A stretch of DNA of 64,000 nucleotides from Blastocystis sp. Blastoise (taxonomy: Eukaryota > Protista > Bigyra: Opalinata), in contig JBBPEB010000005.1 of assembly GCA_039096225.1 (NCBI GenBank), positions 62,001 to 126,000 of the forward strand. The letters run 5' to 3'. Within the stretch, counting starts at the first letter, position 1. Each line of letters begins with the position of its first letter. The translations under genes were made by a program, and so were the position numbers. The notes below the pieces were generated by a model. That model worked only from the letters and a program-made list of their open reading frames with translations. It made no database searches and was not told the DNA's origin. Below, piece by piece: positions 16,775-43,697 of the stretch.

Positions 16775-18252
16775 ATGTTCACTTATAATCGACTTTTCAA
16801 ACAAATAGTGCACTACAGAGATTGTTTACCTACAAATATTATAAGAATAAAGCGATTTAATTCAACAATTGGTGCTAATCTGGATGGCCAAACTATTTTC
16901 TCTTTGTCATCAGGTATAAAATAAGTTTGAAATTGGTATTATTATAAATATATTCAAAAACATATAGGTATGGACCATGCAGGTATTGCAGTTATTCGTA
17001 TATCTGGCAATGATGCACAAAATGTTATACCCAAAATGACGAACAAGGTTCTTGAATCAATTAAACCTCGATATACTTATTATTCAAACATTGTTCACCC
17101 TCAAACAAAGAAATTATTAGATAAAGGAGTAATAATTTATCATCCAGCTCCAAAAAGGTAAGTCAGAATATTAAATAAACATGAAATTCTATGCTAATTA
17201 GTTTTACAGGTGAAAATGTTGTTGAGTTACAAGTCCATGGTGGTCCTGCAGTAATATCTTCTATATTAAATGCCTTAGGAACATTTCCTAATTTCAGACA
17301 AGCTCGAGCTGGTGAATTTACTCGTCGAGGTTTTCTGAATGAAAAGTTTGATCTCACGGAAGTTGAAGCTTTAGGCGATTTACTTCAAGCTGAAACTGAA
17401 AAACAGAGAGAACAAGCTATTGCAGGATATACAGGTACTATAACCTCTCTTTGCTCCCAATGGAGGACAACTCTCATCAATTGCCTAGGATATATTGAAG
17501 TATTCTTATTATTATATTATATATTATTATATACTATACTATACTATTATATACTATTTATATATATAGACTTTGATTGATTTCTCGGATAATACTGATG
17601 ATTTAGATGAGAAACAGTATCAACAACACGGAAAACAGTATATATATACATATATATTATTGGATTTTCTTTTCTTATATCATGATTATATATATATATA
17701 TATTTACCTATTGCTTTATCTTATATATTCTTATTAACTATATATATATATAGATTAGAGATATTATATAAAGAGATTCAAGGATATACAAATAATTATG
17801 AAAAGAGTGAAATGATTCGAGCAGGTATATATCTACCTATATTTGGCGCACCTAACGCGGGCAAAAGCAGTTTATTAAATCTTCTTGTCCACTCAGAACG
17901 CGCTATTGTGTCTCCGTACGCAGGTACAACACGTGACATTGTTGAGGCGATTGGATGCATTGAGGGATTTAAAGTGATCTATCAAGATACAGCAGGAATT
18001 CGAAACACAAATAATGAAGTATATATTATATATTCCAAAATATATATATTATATATTCCAAAATATATATATTATATATTCCAAAATATATATATTATAT
18101 ACTTTAAATATCTTCTATATATATTACTTTTTAATTATATTTTTTCTAGTTTTCTATATATATTCTTATTCTATTATATACGGTTGCTATATTGTATATA
18201 TCTATAAATATTACATTGCTTATACTTTAATGTTTTTTCTCTATTTTTTTTT

Positions 18253-18290
<38 letters not shown>

Positions 18291-18984
18291 GATAGAAAAG
18301 GTAGGTATAGAGAAAGCGTTATCTGTTGTACAATCAAATCATTTAAAGATATATATAATTGACGTTCAAGATATACTGCATGATTCTTCTGTTTTACGGG
18401 AATTCAAACGATATATAGATAATCAGACTATAGTAGTAGTGAATAAGATAGATCTAGTAGAAGACAAAGAAGAATTATCTTCTCTTCTCTCTTCTTTAAA
18501 GGTACAACTGAATTGTAAAGGTAATTATAATGTTTATTATTCTTATATCATATTTATTATGAATATATCTTCTTATATATATTCTTATATTTATTATTCT
18601 TATATCATATTTATTATGAATATATATTCTTATATATATTATTATTAATATATAGATGTTTTATCTCTTTCATGTCTTCAGAAGCCTTCAATTGATCGTT
18701 TAGAGTCAATTATATATAAGAGTATAATGGATGAGTATCAAATGAATTCTGAGGATCATTCAATAGATACAAATCAATATATATTAAATCAACGACAAAA
18801 TAATGACTTAAAACAATGTCTGAATCATATTCAATCGAGTATTCATATATATAATGATAATATGGTTGATGCAGTTGCAGAGGAACTCCGTCTTGCTCTT
18901 GGATGTTTAGCTAGAATCACGGGAAAAGTCGACATAGAAGAAATTTTAGATTCTATTTTCTCTAAATTTTGTATTGGAAAATAA
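16775..18984 (+). CDS. GTPBP3: Mitochondrial tRNA modification GTPase MnmE/TrmE (GTPBP3/MSS1), 7 exons
   Basis: [47 protein letters not shown] and C-terminal FSKFCIGK; all introns GT-AG. Confidence 0.95.
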
Positions 18985-19169
18985 ATAAATATTACTTTTT
19001 TTATTGTTGCTTTTTTTATATTATATATATATGTATACTCATTAACAAAAAAGTATATTTATGATAAAATAACAAGCGATAATAAATACTATATAAAAGA
19101 AATCACAAATAATAAATACTAAAAGCAATAAGGGAAACTAGTGAAGAAAGAAGAAGAACGTTCATTATA

Positions 19170-19933
19170 TTATATATTTTTACTAATATCATCATATTGT
19201 CGGAATTGACGTTCTATATATAAATATATTTGGTAAAATTATCATATAGATAAATATGCATGTAAAATTATTATATAGATAAATATATAGATATAATAAT
19301 ACATATAAATATATATATATATATAATATATAGATAAATAAATATATACCAGTTTTACTGGGTTGCTTTCTACATTTTTTATCTGCAAATCGTTTATTAT
19401 GTCTATGAAAACATAATAATTATAAATAGATTCACAATAACAACAATATAAATAATAAATAATATGATTGTCTATATTAATATGTAATCAATATACCGTT
19501 GAGTGTCTTCATTTTCAAAATAAGGCGTTTCTCCTTGATTTTCTTCATTTCCAAAATATGGAGTATTCTCTTGATTCTCATATGAACCATCAAAACCACG
19601 ATTAAAATAACGTGGATACATATTGAATAATTTATCCATAACTGAAAGACCCTGTTCTAATTGCCTCATAAACTCTTCTTCATCTTGAGCAGGATTATTT
19701 CTCATTCCAAAAGGATTAGGAACTTCAACCTCCTGCGGATTTTGAATGCCAGTATCTGTCTTTCTAAAAATTTCTACAGGTTTCTTTCCTGGACACATTC
19801 TATAGATACTTTTTAGTGTATTGCATTCCATACCACCATTCACAGATTTACATGTTTGAGAAAAAGCATCTTGATAACTGCAATCAGGATGTTCTTCTTG
19901 GTCTTTTCTTTTGATTTCGGATTCCTCACTCAT
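19170..19933 (-). CDS. Hypothetical protein with a Cys-containing N-terminal domain (possibly Mal d 1/Fra a 1-associated-protein-like), 3 exons
   Basis: ORF with C..C..C..RMCPGKKPVEI; two GT-AG introns in frame to TAA at 19170; the family resemblance is from memory only. Confidence 0.55.
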
Positions 19934-20489
19934 TTAATAAAGCTAACAAATTAATAGATGAAAAGGGGAAAAAAGACACAGTTCGAACTTCTTTTGATTC
20001 TTTCGAGAAAACGAAAGAAATTTTTTCTTTTGTTTTCTTATAATGATATATTTGATGAACTTATTTCATTCATGTATATATAATTTAAATTAATAAAAAT
20101 CGAGGAATAGTTGTAAATTGAGTATATGCGATTAACGATCAATAATTGGTTATTCTAATTGTATTACAAAACAAAGAAATAAGAAATATACAACTAAGAG
20201 AAGAAAAGATAAAAAGATGAAAATAAAATAGCCCAACAACGAGTAAAACAAAGAAAAATAAGAAATAAAAGAAAAAAAGTGGATGAAGAGAATAAATAGA
20301 AAGAGAAGAAATATGAAAAAAAAAAAATAACAATGGCATTCACCCTAATATATGAATATATGATTGTAAGAACGAATAAAAAACGAAGAAAATAGAAAAG
20401 ATATAATAATAAAATAGTAGCAATATATATATAATAGAAAATAAGGAGTTGAAACAAGTTGTATAATAATTATGAAGAATTCATAATCA

Positions 20490-21195
20490 TTAATAATTAA
20501 GTTGTTTGTAATAATTGATTTCCCTAAAAAAACCTCCTAAAGGAATATAATATATATAATATAATATAATATATATATACGTATAAGAGTTGATTTATCA
20601 TGAATTTCACCCAACGATGGAAACGTCTCTATTGGATACTCCGATTGATGATGATGTTTCTGACTAATACTCTGTAGGTAGGGGTGATTTAGACATTCAC
20701 TGGCAGTTGGACGTTTATCAGGATCAATTTCAAGGAGAAGAGAAAGAAATGAAATTCCTTTTTCCGAGCAGGCGGGAAATATTGATTGTAAACTGGCTTT
20801 ATTTACAGGATAAGAGAAGGGTTTGATGTTCATATATGGAGGTAATTGATTGATTTTCTGTATATATACATTAATTGGATCACCCAAAGTCTTATATATA
20901 GACTCTAATTGCTCCATTCTGTCTGCTTCTGGTATTTCTCGTTCCTGATCAGGTGACAGTAAGTCACAAATAGTTCCCGGGAATAATGCTTGGCGGTTAT
21001 TATAGTTCGTACAATTCCCTTTCATCATTTGCAATAATTCCGCGAATATACAGCCAACGCCCCAAATATCGATCTTTTCATTATAAGGACGCAGAAGAAG
21101 GAGTTCGGGGGCACGGTACCAACGTGTATATACATGTAATGTCATCTTGCGACGTAGTACAGGAGGAGGAGACTCTAGAAGAGGAATATATAGAG

Positions 21196-21290
<95 letters not shown>

Positions 21291-22416
21291 AAAAAATAAT
21301 AATAATAACTATATATACCTCTTGATAGATTAGGACAATCGTCTTGTATTTCTGTATTCATATCGTCTTTAAAAGTATCTTCTGAAATTAAACGGCTTAA
21401 ACCAAAATCAGCTATTTTCAACTGAACACTCTATATAATAATATAAAAATAATAATAATAACATAATAATATCATAATAATAACATAATAATATCATAAT
21501 AAAAGAATAAACAAATAATATAAATCTAATATACAGTATTTAATAATAAATTAGCGGGTTTCAGATCTCGATGAATTATTTTGTGTTTATGTAAAAACTC
21601 AACTCCGACTAATAATTGATACCTATATATATATATATATAGAACATCATAAATAAAGCAAAAATAAAAATATCAATAATAATTGTAAAAAAATACATAA
21701 TATATTTAATAGGTTGTTCATCCCAATATTGATTGCTTTTTAACGTTTTTGATAGATCAAAAGGCATGTATTCCATTACAATGTAACTATAGAGTATTCG
21801 AAAAATAAAATAAGTAACTTATATCAAGTTGACTTACATATCATTGTTTGTAGGAAAGTCATCATTTACATATACATTTAATAATTTTACAACAAATTCA
21901 TGTTGAATATTTCTTAAAATATAAATCTCTCTAAGAATTCGATGTGCATCAGTAAGATCAGCAAATATATTTTGAATTCTTTTGATAGCAACCTATTTGT
22001 GAAAGGTAATGAACTGTTGATGAAAGTAAAAAAAGATATACTTCACAATTTAGTTTGATATCAACAGCCTTGACAACACAACCATAACTTCCATTACCAA
22101 TAGTACTCACATAACGATATCGATTTTGAAAATTCCAACCAGGTAATTGAACTGGTTCTTTCGGTTTGTCTTCTATATAAATTATTAAATAAAAATAAAT
22201 ATAAATTATAAAAATACGAGATAAACATTTTCTTGTAGCATGAAACTCTAACAATTCTTTGATTTCTCGTGGATATGCTATCCAAGAATCAAAATGACAT
22301 AAAAAATTTAATTTACGTTGCGGATGATACTCAACTGGTGGACACGTATCAAAGGATACATTTCTTTTTCTCTTTCGAGAATTGAATTGTAACAACGGAT
22401 TAGTATTCACTTCCAT
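20490..22416 (-). CDS. Atypical MAP kinase with TxH activation loop (Pfmap-2-like), 8 exons
   Basis: [28 protein letters not shown], long activation-loop insert, [25 protein letters not shown]. Confidence 0.88.
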
Positions 22417-23481
22417 TTATAGAATACAATCTCTGACAGAAATAAAATGGATAGAAACTTGATTTAAAGTATTCTAAATGCTTTAAGCACTTTATTATAG
22501 ATTTCAAAAACATGAGGCAAAACAATATTGTTGCTGTGATACGCTTCCTGATACTTTTTTATTGAAGAAATTTTCAGAAATTTCCTGGCTTTAGATTCCG
22601 AATCCATATTTTTTCTTTATCATCTTTTTTTAGTATTTATTATCTCTTTGTTGAAAAAATGTGCTGTATTATAATGTATATACTAACAAACATATGAAAG
22701 ATGATAAATATTATGAATTTTATTATTTTTTTTCGATTTCCACATTTCTTTAATTCAAGGAGAATCTTGTTGATTTATGATATGAGACAATCATGCATAA
22801 TCTGCTAATACTTGAATTTATGAAAAAATATTAGAAAAATGCATGTTTTTTTATAAAAATTTTGTTGATTGAGTTTTTATGATCAATATGCTTGAATATA
22901 GTAGGAGATAGTATATGAACTAAAAATATTCTTGATAATAATGAATAAGAGTATGTAATTATGAGTTATGTTTTTGATTCTGAAAAATGTAAATGAAAAA
23001 ATAATTAAAAAAAAAACAATACAAAAAACAATGAGACTAAACCAATAGTTTATTCATATTTAGAAATTCAATACGAATAAAAACAAACACTATAAAAAGA
23101 GAAGAAGAAAAGATTTTGTTAGTTAAATAGATAACTACTACTATCTGTATAGATAAATATAAATATAAATATAAAAGATAAAAGAATATAAATAGTAATA
23201 ACAAGGGACATCGATATAAAATTGAGCAAATAAATTAATATATTAAAATAACAAATAGAGAATAATAGAAGTTTAAATAAAAAAAGAGAGAAGAATAATA
23301 AAACGTACATGAGTATATATATATAGAATATATATATAGACATGTAACAGTATAGAAGAAGAAAGTGAAAACACGAAAAAAAAAAGAAAAAAAAAGATGG
23401 ATTAAAAAATGAAATAAAAATATATGTAAATATATGAATAAATGATAAGAAATAATTATAAGAGAAGAATATATATATATA

Positions 23482-29688
<6,207 letters not shown>

Positions 29689-30690
29689 TACCTATATAAG
29701 TAAACAGAAATGATAGAGTGATGTAATTAAAAAACAAAAAAAAAAGTGAAACAAATTTTTAATTGTAAAACGTTATGTAAACAGATGCATAATTCTAAGG
29801 TATCATACTTTCTATGCTTTTACTCAATCTTTTAAATTAAATAAAATTGAAATAATAAGGAAATATATACTTCAAAACAGAATTTTAAAATATATACAGA
29901 AAACAATATACAATTCGATATTGAATAATGATTATTTTGTGTATTCTCCGTTATTCATCAATAATCTTCATGATTATCACTTTTTGATTTATTAACACAC
30001 AATTACTTTTGAATAATCATTAATAATCATAAAATATAAGAAATAAAGATATTAAATCACTTACTAAAGTAGTCTGAAAACAGCAAACTCTATGTTTAAT
30101 CGAATTTATAAGATGATTATCATGTTTTAAGTGGTATATCATCATATATCATACTTTGTATATCGTGCAAATAGTAAAAAAGATGGCATACAATATAGTT
30201 GATAAATTTTATGCTTTTTTATCATGCTGTCTGTTTTTTTTGAGATTATTGTGAAAACTTTATATATTATTAAATAAAAATTGTTTCTTGTGCGTAACTA
30301 TATTCGTGTATTATATAATAAAATAGTTTCATTTCATTTGTGAGTGATTTTTGTTATATTGCGAATAAAAATGTTATTTTAAAGTTTATTAAACTCTCTA
30401 AAATGACTTAATCAAAATAAATATTTTCTTCATAGAATAAAACAAGTATTTCAAGACAATTATGTAATAATATTGATCTTCAATTTCTTTCTTCTTCCTT
30501 ATTAATGATCTGTTTATGATTAGAGAGAAACAATGAAACTCTAGAAATACAAAACTAATAAGTATACGAAGAATTTATTCATATGTAAATTATTCAATTT
30601 TTTATTCACGATTCTTAGAAGATTGTTTAGTCTCCAAATATTATTTTTCATGAAAAAGATTGTTTATGAATTTGTATATTTTTAAGGTAT

Positions 30691-33528
30691 ATGGATGTTA
30701 GAAGGCCTTCTTTCAATCTTACTCCATATGCTATTCTAGTTGCAGATCTTATCACTGTATATTTAGATCAGAAATGGAACGATGCTAACACAAGTTTGTA
30801 TAATACTGATTTGAAATTGAGTGAGGAATATCATATTGATTTTGAAACATTTATAGAAATGCATATCAAAAATATTTATTCTTCAACTGTATTATCATAT
30901 TCCATGTTTGTAGATTCTATGATAGATTGTGATGATTCAATTAAGAAATATATCAATTCACTGCTTAAAACATACAAAAACGAGATGAACATATATGAAG
31001 ATGTTATTGTTCTTCAAAAAGAAATCGATATTTTGCTTTCATCTTCATCAAATCCACTTCATAATGAATGTAATAGGTTTTTATCATTATTCACAAACTA
31101 TCTAAATATAATATCATCATTAATAAAGTCAATCACTCCATCAAGTTCGTTAATCGATTTTTTTTCTTTATTTTATTCTAATATGAATCCTCAATTAATT
31201 TACCCAACTATACATATAGAGAATATAACAGTACCTCTTTTAACTCCACAATTATCTATATCCTATTTTTGTGTTTCTTATTATGATTCTGTATATCATC
31301 AATTATTTAATAGTATGATATACATATATGGAAAGACTGATTTATCTCCCATTATTCAAAATATCCGTGATTATCCTGTTCTCTTAGAACAAGTACCCTA
31401 TTCCTCCTTAGTCTATCTCTGGTATATATCGAATTCTAGCAAGAATCTATCGAATATAAAATCACTTTATTTTCGTTGTCTCCAACAATATTCATTGTAT
31501 ATTATTCTATATATATACTTTATAATTATAATAATTTTTTTTTATTATTTTAATTTTAATTTTTAAAATATTATTATACATATTCTTTTAGTTATGTGTT
31601 ACATCATAATACAACTCAATTTCCCGTGGTTCTCCCTTTTCTTCAAACATTAAATATTCTTTATTCTTCTTCTTCTTCTTCTTCTTATATTCAGTCTCTA
31701 TCTGAAATCCAGTCTCTAGCAAGATATCAAAAAGATACATATAGTTTATTATATATTGATGCAACACTATTTATATATTCACTTATTCACTTGAGAAACG
31801 ATTCTCGAACCTTATTGCAATCTCTTTATTCACAAGTTCTTCTCAATCATTCTTATATTTCTGTTTATTTCTATATATTCTTCATACTTATTCAAGAACA
31901 ATATATCTCATCCGACTCTCTTCCTAGCACACTTCTTAATTATGATGAATTCTTTTCAGCTACATTTCAAACAGTACATGGTTGTTCTAGTATTTCCTCA
32001 ATCAATCATGAATCTATGTCTACTTCTCGTTGTATATCTTCTTCTATATCTCTATCTCCTTCAACTACTACGGTCTACTCTATTCCTTTCAATTCTTCTT
32101 CATCTTCACTTATTCCCTATCCATTAACAATATCTATGAATATAAACAATTTCTATACTTATCTATCCAATCAAAATACTATCTATTCCACAATATCCAA
32201 TCATTTAACACAACTTAATTCTCAATTCAATTTTGTAGCTTCTATTCTTTCACTATATTTCCATGACTTTTATTCACTTCTTCAAGATCATCAAGATATC
32301 TATGAAATTAGGTATATTTTCATATTCACTAGATACTAATATATATATGTATTATTTTACTTTTTTATTTAGTTCTCATAATTCTATATCTTTAAAGTTT
32401 TTTTTTTAATTTATTAATTTTTATGTATCTCTCTATTCAATATATTATTCTTTATATATATATTTAAATAGTTCTCATTATTTATTGTCATCCTCTCAAC
32501 ATCTTCTCCTTCTTTTCTCTTCTTTTAATCATTATATTCAATCTCACCTTCTCTCTTCTTCTTCCTCCTCTACTACTACTTCTTATCATAAATTTCTTAC
32601 AATCTCACTTTATCATATTCATCAGTATTATAAATATCTTCCTTCTTCCTTCTTTACTCTATATGAAAATACATTCTATATCTTACTTTATACTCGAAAC
32701 CATCAATATAATACTGCTGAAACTATGCTGAAATCATTTCAACAAACTCAATATTCTTCTTCTTCTTCTTCAACTATAGCATCGTGGAATTATCAATATT
32801 TACTTATTTATTATTATATAATAACACAACAATACCCTAAAGCACGTGATCTCTTGAATACAATTCAAATACACATTAATGAAAAAGGAATTCTACAACA
32901 TTATCTTCATTATCTTCTTCTCTCTATTCTATTGAATATACTCTCTTCTTCTTCTATCTTCTCGTCTTCATTACAATATACTATAACTCTATATTTATCA
33001 TTATGCAATACTCTTCAATTATCAAGGCCTATATTTATTGGATTATTATTATATCTTCATATATCTATCTTAAAGAATGACTATACTACTTCTCTCTCCA
33101 CTTATATATCTCTTTATGATCAATTAACATTTCATCAAGAACTAGATCTATATATATATACTATGTATCTACGAACAAAATTCTATATTCATTTTCAATC
33201 TCTCTGTACTCTTGACAAACGAGTTCTTTTTATTTCTTATCATTATTCAAAAAAGAATCTTTCCCGTGGGAAACAGATACATATTATAAAAAAAAATACT
33301 CAACGTCTTCAATCAGATCTCTATAAATGTTTATATAGGGCATATATAAATCAAGATATATATATGATTATTCAATGTATATTTCAAATGTTTTTATTAT
33401 GTCAATCACAAAATAAATTAAAAAAACATTATTTTGAAGTATATATTCGTTTACAAAGTAAATTAAATTGGTCATTTGATCATTTTGATCTTTTTTGCAA
33501 AGAATATTCTATAGTAAAACCGGAATGA
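30691..33528 (+). CDS. Divergent helical-repeat protein, possibly anaphase-promoting complex subunit 5, 3 exons
   Basis: Three long ORFs joined by two GT-AG introns; N-terminal FNLTPYAILVADLITVY resembles the APC5 LTP(H/Y)KI..LI..Y motif (weak). Confidence 0.4.
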
Positions 33529-33903
33529 CAATAATTCTCACTTTTTTTTAAATCTTTTTTAACTTTATATATATTTTTCATCTTTTTATGTTTTTCTCTT
33601 TTTTCAATTTATATCATTAGAATTAATTCTTTTGTTGTATTTATTTGAATTCCACACTTATACTTGTATAAAACCATTTTGGAATCGTTCATTTATATAA
33701 ACACACAAAAAACGATATATAATTATAAATAAAAACATAACTAAATTTATGTAGAGAATTATTCATTTAAATATATGTTATTCAAAATATATACATATAA
33801 ATAAATCTTAAAAAAAAATTAAGTAACATAGAAACAATAATAATAATAATTAGAATATCACATAGAAGTTGAGATAAACTAAATATTTAAATATATAATG
33901 ATT

Positions 33904-34071
33904 TTACTTCTTTCCCTTTTTGCCTTTCTTTCCTCCTTTTTCGGGTTTAGAAGGGGTTGAACTAGTAGTGGAAACTATATATATATATAATTATATAATT
34001 ATTATTATAATAATGTTAAGAGATACGAAATATAATAATAATAATAATAATAAAAATAATAATAATAATTT

Positions 34072-34136
<65 letters not shown>

Positions 34137-35004
34137 TATATATATATACCAGCTTCATCATTAGCAAATTGATAATCACCTCCAGTGAGTTGAGTCAATT
34201 GATTAAAGAATTCTACCATATCTGTAGAAGCAAAAGCGATTTCTAAAAGGAAATTATCACCTGATGGTCTTTCTTTTCGAATTCTACACCACTTCTTTAT
34301 TATACCTAAACATTTAGCATAATACCTATATAATAATAGTATGTATAATAAAAAGAAGATCAATAATAATAATATATATAATAATAAGATAAACTAATAA
34401 ATTTAAGCAAATAATAATATATATAATAATAAGATTTAAAAAATATATATAATAAGATTTAAAAAATAATAATAATAATAATAGCATACATCATGGAAAT
34501 AGTAAGTATTCCTGAAGTTTCATTTTTCTTTAAATTTAATACAGAAGATAACTTCTTTACTATATCTACAGCTTGATCTTGAGCACTTTTGTTGATATCT
34601 AATTGAAGTCCCTTTATATTATTAATGGCATTCATAACTCTAGTACTAGGAAGAGCACCATTATTGGTAGGATCAACATAAGTTTTTGAGATATATTCGC
34701 AAATTTGTCTCTTTTTCATATCGATAGCTTCTCTTCTTTCTTCTGTAGAGAGTTGAAGTTCACCTTCATGAGCAATCTTTTCTAAAATCTGGATTTCAGT
34801 CATTTCCGGAAAAGAAGCCTTAATTTCTTCCTGAGAAGCCTTTGTTCCCTTTTCAGCATTTGAGAAGATCACATTAGTTTCACAAATATTATTAATCTTC
34901 AACTTTCCTTCTTTGAAATCCTTATGAGTTCCACGAGTAATCACTATTTCGAAACGGTTCTTTCCAACCTTATATTTAATAACAGATGTATCTTTAGATG
35001 ACAT
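33904..35004 (-). CDS. SBDS/Sdo1-family ribosome maturation protein, 3 exons, Lys-rich tail
   Basis: KYKVGKNRFEI, IFSNAEKGTKAS, GELQLSTEERRE, VDPT..LPSTRVMNA, KSAQDQAVDIVKKL. Confidence 0.85.
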
Positions 35005-35602
35005 GTTTAGTATTTAATTAAACAAGTATATATTGAAAATTGAATAAAATTGTTCCAAACACGATTTTTTTTCATTTCCCAGTTATTTCAAAATCATAAA
35101 TTCGTGGTTTTTCGATTATGTTTGTTTCACTGTCTTTAAAGGTAGTTTTCGATTCTTTATTCGTTGAGGCTAAGTTGATCAGTTGCGTATGTTCTGGTAG
35201 CAATTGATTTATAAATATATCATTTTGTAGTATCTGAATTTATATAATAATCTATTTTTACTCGTGATTATTATTGAAATAATATTATAATAAGATTGTT
35301 CACGTCCTTATGAAATAAAATTGATTAAATAACTTTTATAAAAATTAATTTTATTTATAGAATAATTGAAATAGTTATCTAACTCATAAATTTATTGTCT
35401 AAACACGAAAGAATTGTAATAAAGGTTCTAAATAATCATTAAAAAAACAAAAATAAACTAAACAAGGCTCAGTAAGAAATCTTCAATAAAACATAAGAAT
35501 AAAACCACAAGATAAAAATAACATAAGAATTGAGATAGAAATGGATCTCTATACTATGTATAGATATATAGATATATATAAAGAGTAGTTTGCCTATATT
35601 AA

Positions 35603-39577
<3,975 letters not shown>

Positions 39578-40043
39578 AGAAATTGCTTTATAAAGTATTC
39601 TTTAACAGTTAAAAAAAATGAAAATAGAAAAAAGTTTCTTATTAGAAAATTAAAACGATTGGCGGAGTTCTTTAAAAATTCCCATGGAAATAGTTTAACT
39701 CTTTTTTTTACAATAATTTTAAGTTTTTATAATTTTATTGAATTATTATAAAGATGTATATGCTAAAAGTGTTTGAATCAGTTTCAATGATGCTACATAC
39801 TGATATAGAATAGCAGTAAAGCAACTAATTGGTGATATTCGTGTTTTTTTTTACATAAAATTGAAATATAGATGCATAAAAGAGATGAGTGCACATAGTA
39901 ATTTCAGAATATAATAAATAAAGCAAGATTAGAACAAAAGAAAAAAGGTATTATAAATGTTGTACATAAAAAGTGGTAAAAATCATTCTCCAATTTATGG
40001 AATTCAAAGAATTATAATAAATAAAGCCATTGAATATCATGAG

Positions 40044-42197
<2,154 letters not shown>

Positions 42198-42873
42198 TGA
42201 TTTCTTCTCTTCTTTGCTATATTATAATAAAATGGAACATGAGTGGGTCATATACCTTAAAGTTTTCAGATTCTCATTCTCAGTACTCTCAAACATTTCT
42301 TCAATCTCAAATTAACTGATATGAATCGCTAAAAAAAGGAAATGAAAAAAAAATAAGAAAATTTTTATTTTTTAAGAATTTTTGTGTTGATTTTATATGT
42401 AGTTCATGGCTTTAAAATAATAAAAAATAGTGTGTTGAATTATTGATTATTAATTGATTTTACTCATATGAATAATTGAGTATAATTTAATAAATGCGAT
42501 TCATGTTCAAAATGTTCTAAGATGTGACATACTGAGTTGCTTCATAACGTAGCATGTATGATGATAGAATTACTTACGTAAGAATTGCTTCAAAAATATA
42601 ATGATTTGTTATAAATGGAAGAGAAAAAAACTCATGAATTTATAAAGTTGATAAATCCCATAGATAAAAATAAACATAAAAAATAGAAAATAAGAATACA
42701 AAAAAAAAATAGAATGGAATAGAATAGAAGTGATCGCAATACATCACAAAAAGAAGAAAGGAAATAGATAACATGGAAAAAAGTATTTGTTAAAAGAATA
42801 TAAATATAGATATTAATATTTGTTTTTCTTAAGATAATATAAAGAAAGGTATATATATATATATATGATTTCT

Positions 42874-43665
42874 TTATACTTTATTTCTCCAATATTTAAG
42901 ATGCATGATATCGATGAATCTAGCTCCTGTATTTAATGCATATTCTTCAACACTTATCGATTTACTAAGAGCGTTAAATATAGCCTATGTATAGAGTATA
43001 TATATATATAAAGTAATATATATATAGAATAGTTTAAATAAAGTAATATATATATAGAATAGTTTAAATAAAGTAATATATATATATGTAGAATAGTAGA
43101 TAGATACTTGTACGGTTGTGAAAGGGTTTTGATTGCCTCTGACCTTGACAATAGCATCCGTCACGCCTAAACAATATAAGATAGACCATGCAATATCATT
43201 TCCCTTGATTCCATAACCTTCATAGGCTATAGAGAGATATATATAGTAGATATACATAATAGTATAGATATATAGAGTCAATCAATAATATAAATAATAA
43301 TAATAATAATAATAATATATATATACCAGGATAGATATCAACTTCAGTAGAGTTGAATTTCCCGTGTAAATCGCTGAAGAATGTACGGTCTTCAAATAAC
43401 TCGACACAAATCATATTACTACGAGCTTCATTAATAGCCTTCAAAGAAGCCTTGGCAAATTCTCTATCTTTACCATACCCGAGACCAACGGCACCATGGG
43501 TATTACCACAAACGATTAAACAAGTCTCCTTTCGCATTCTACCTTGAGCAGTAGTTCTGGAAACACCTCGAGTATTAATAACTACGGACATAGCATCATG
43601 ATCATCCATAAATTGTGCTTTGTCTTCAGTATTTTGTTTTTTATACATATCTACTTGAGTACCTA

Positions 43666-43697
<32 letters not shown>

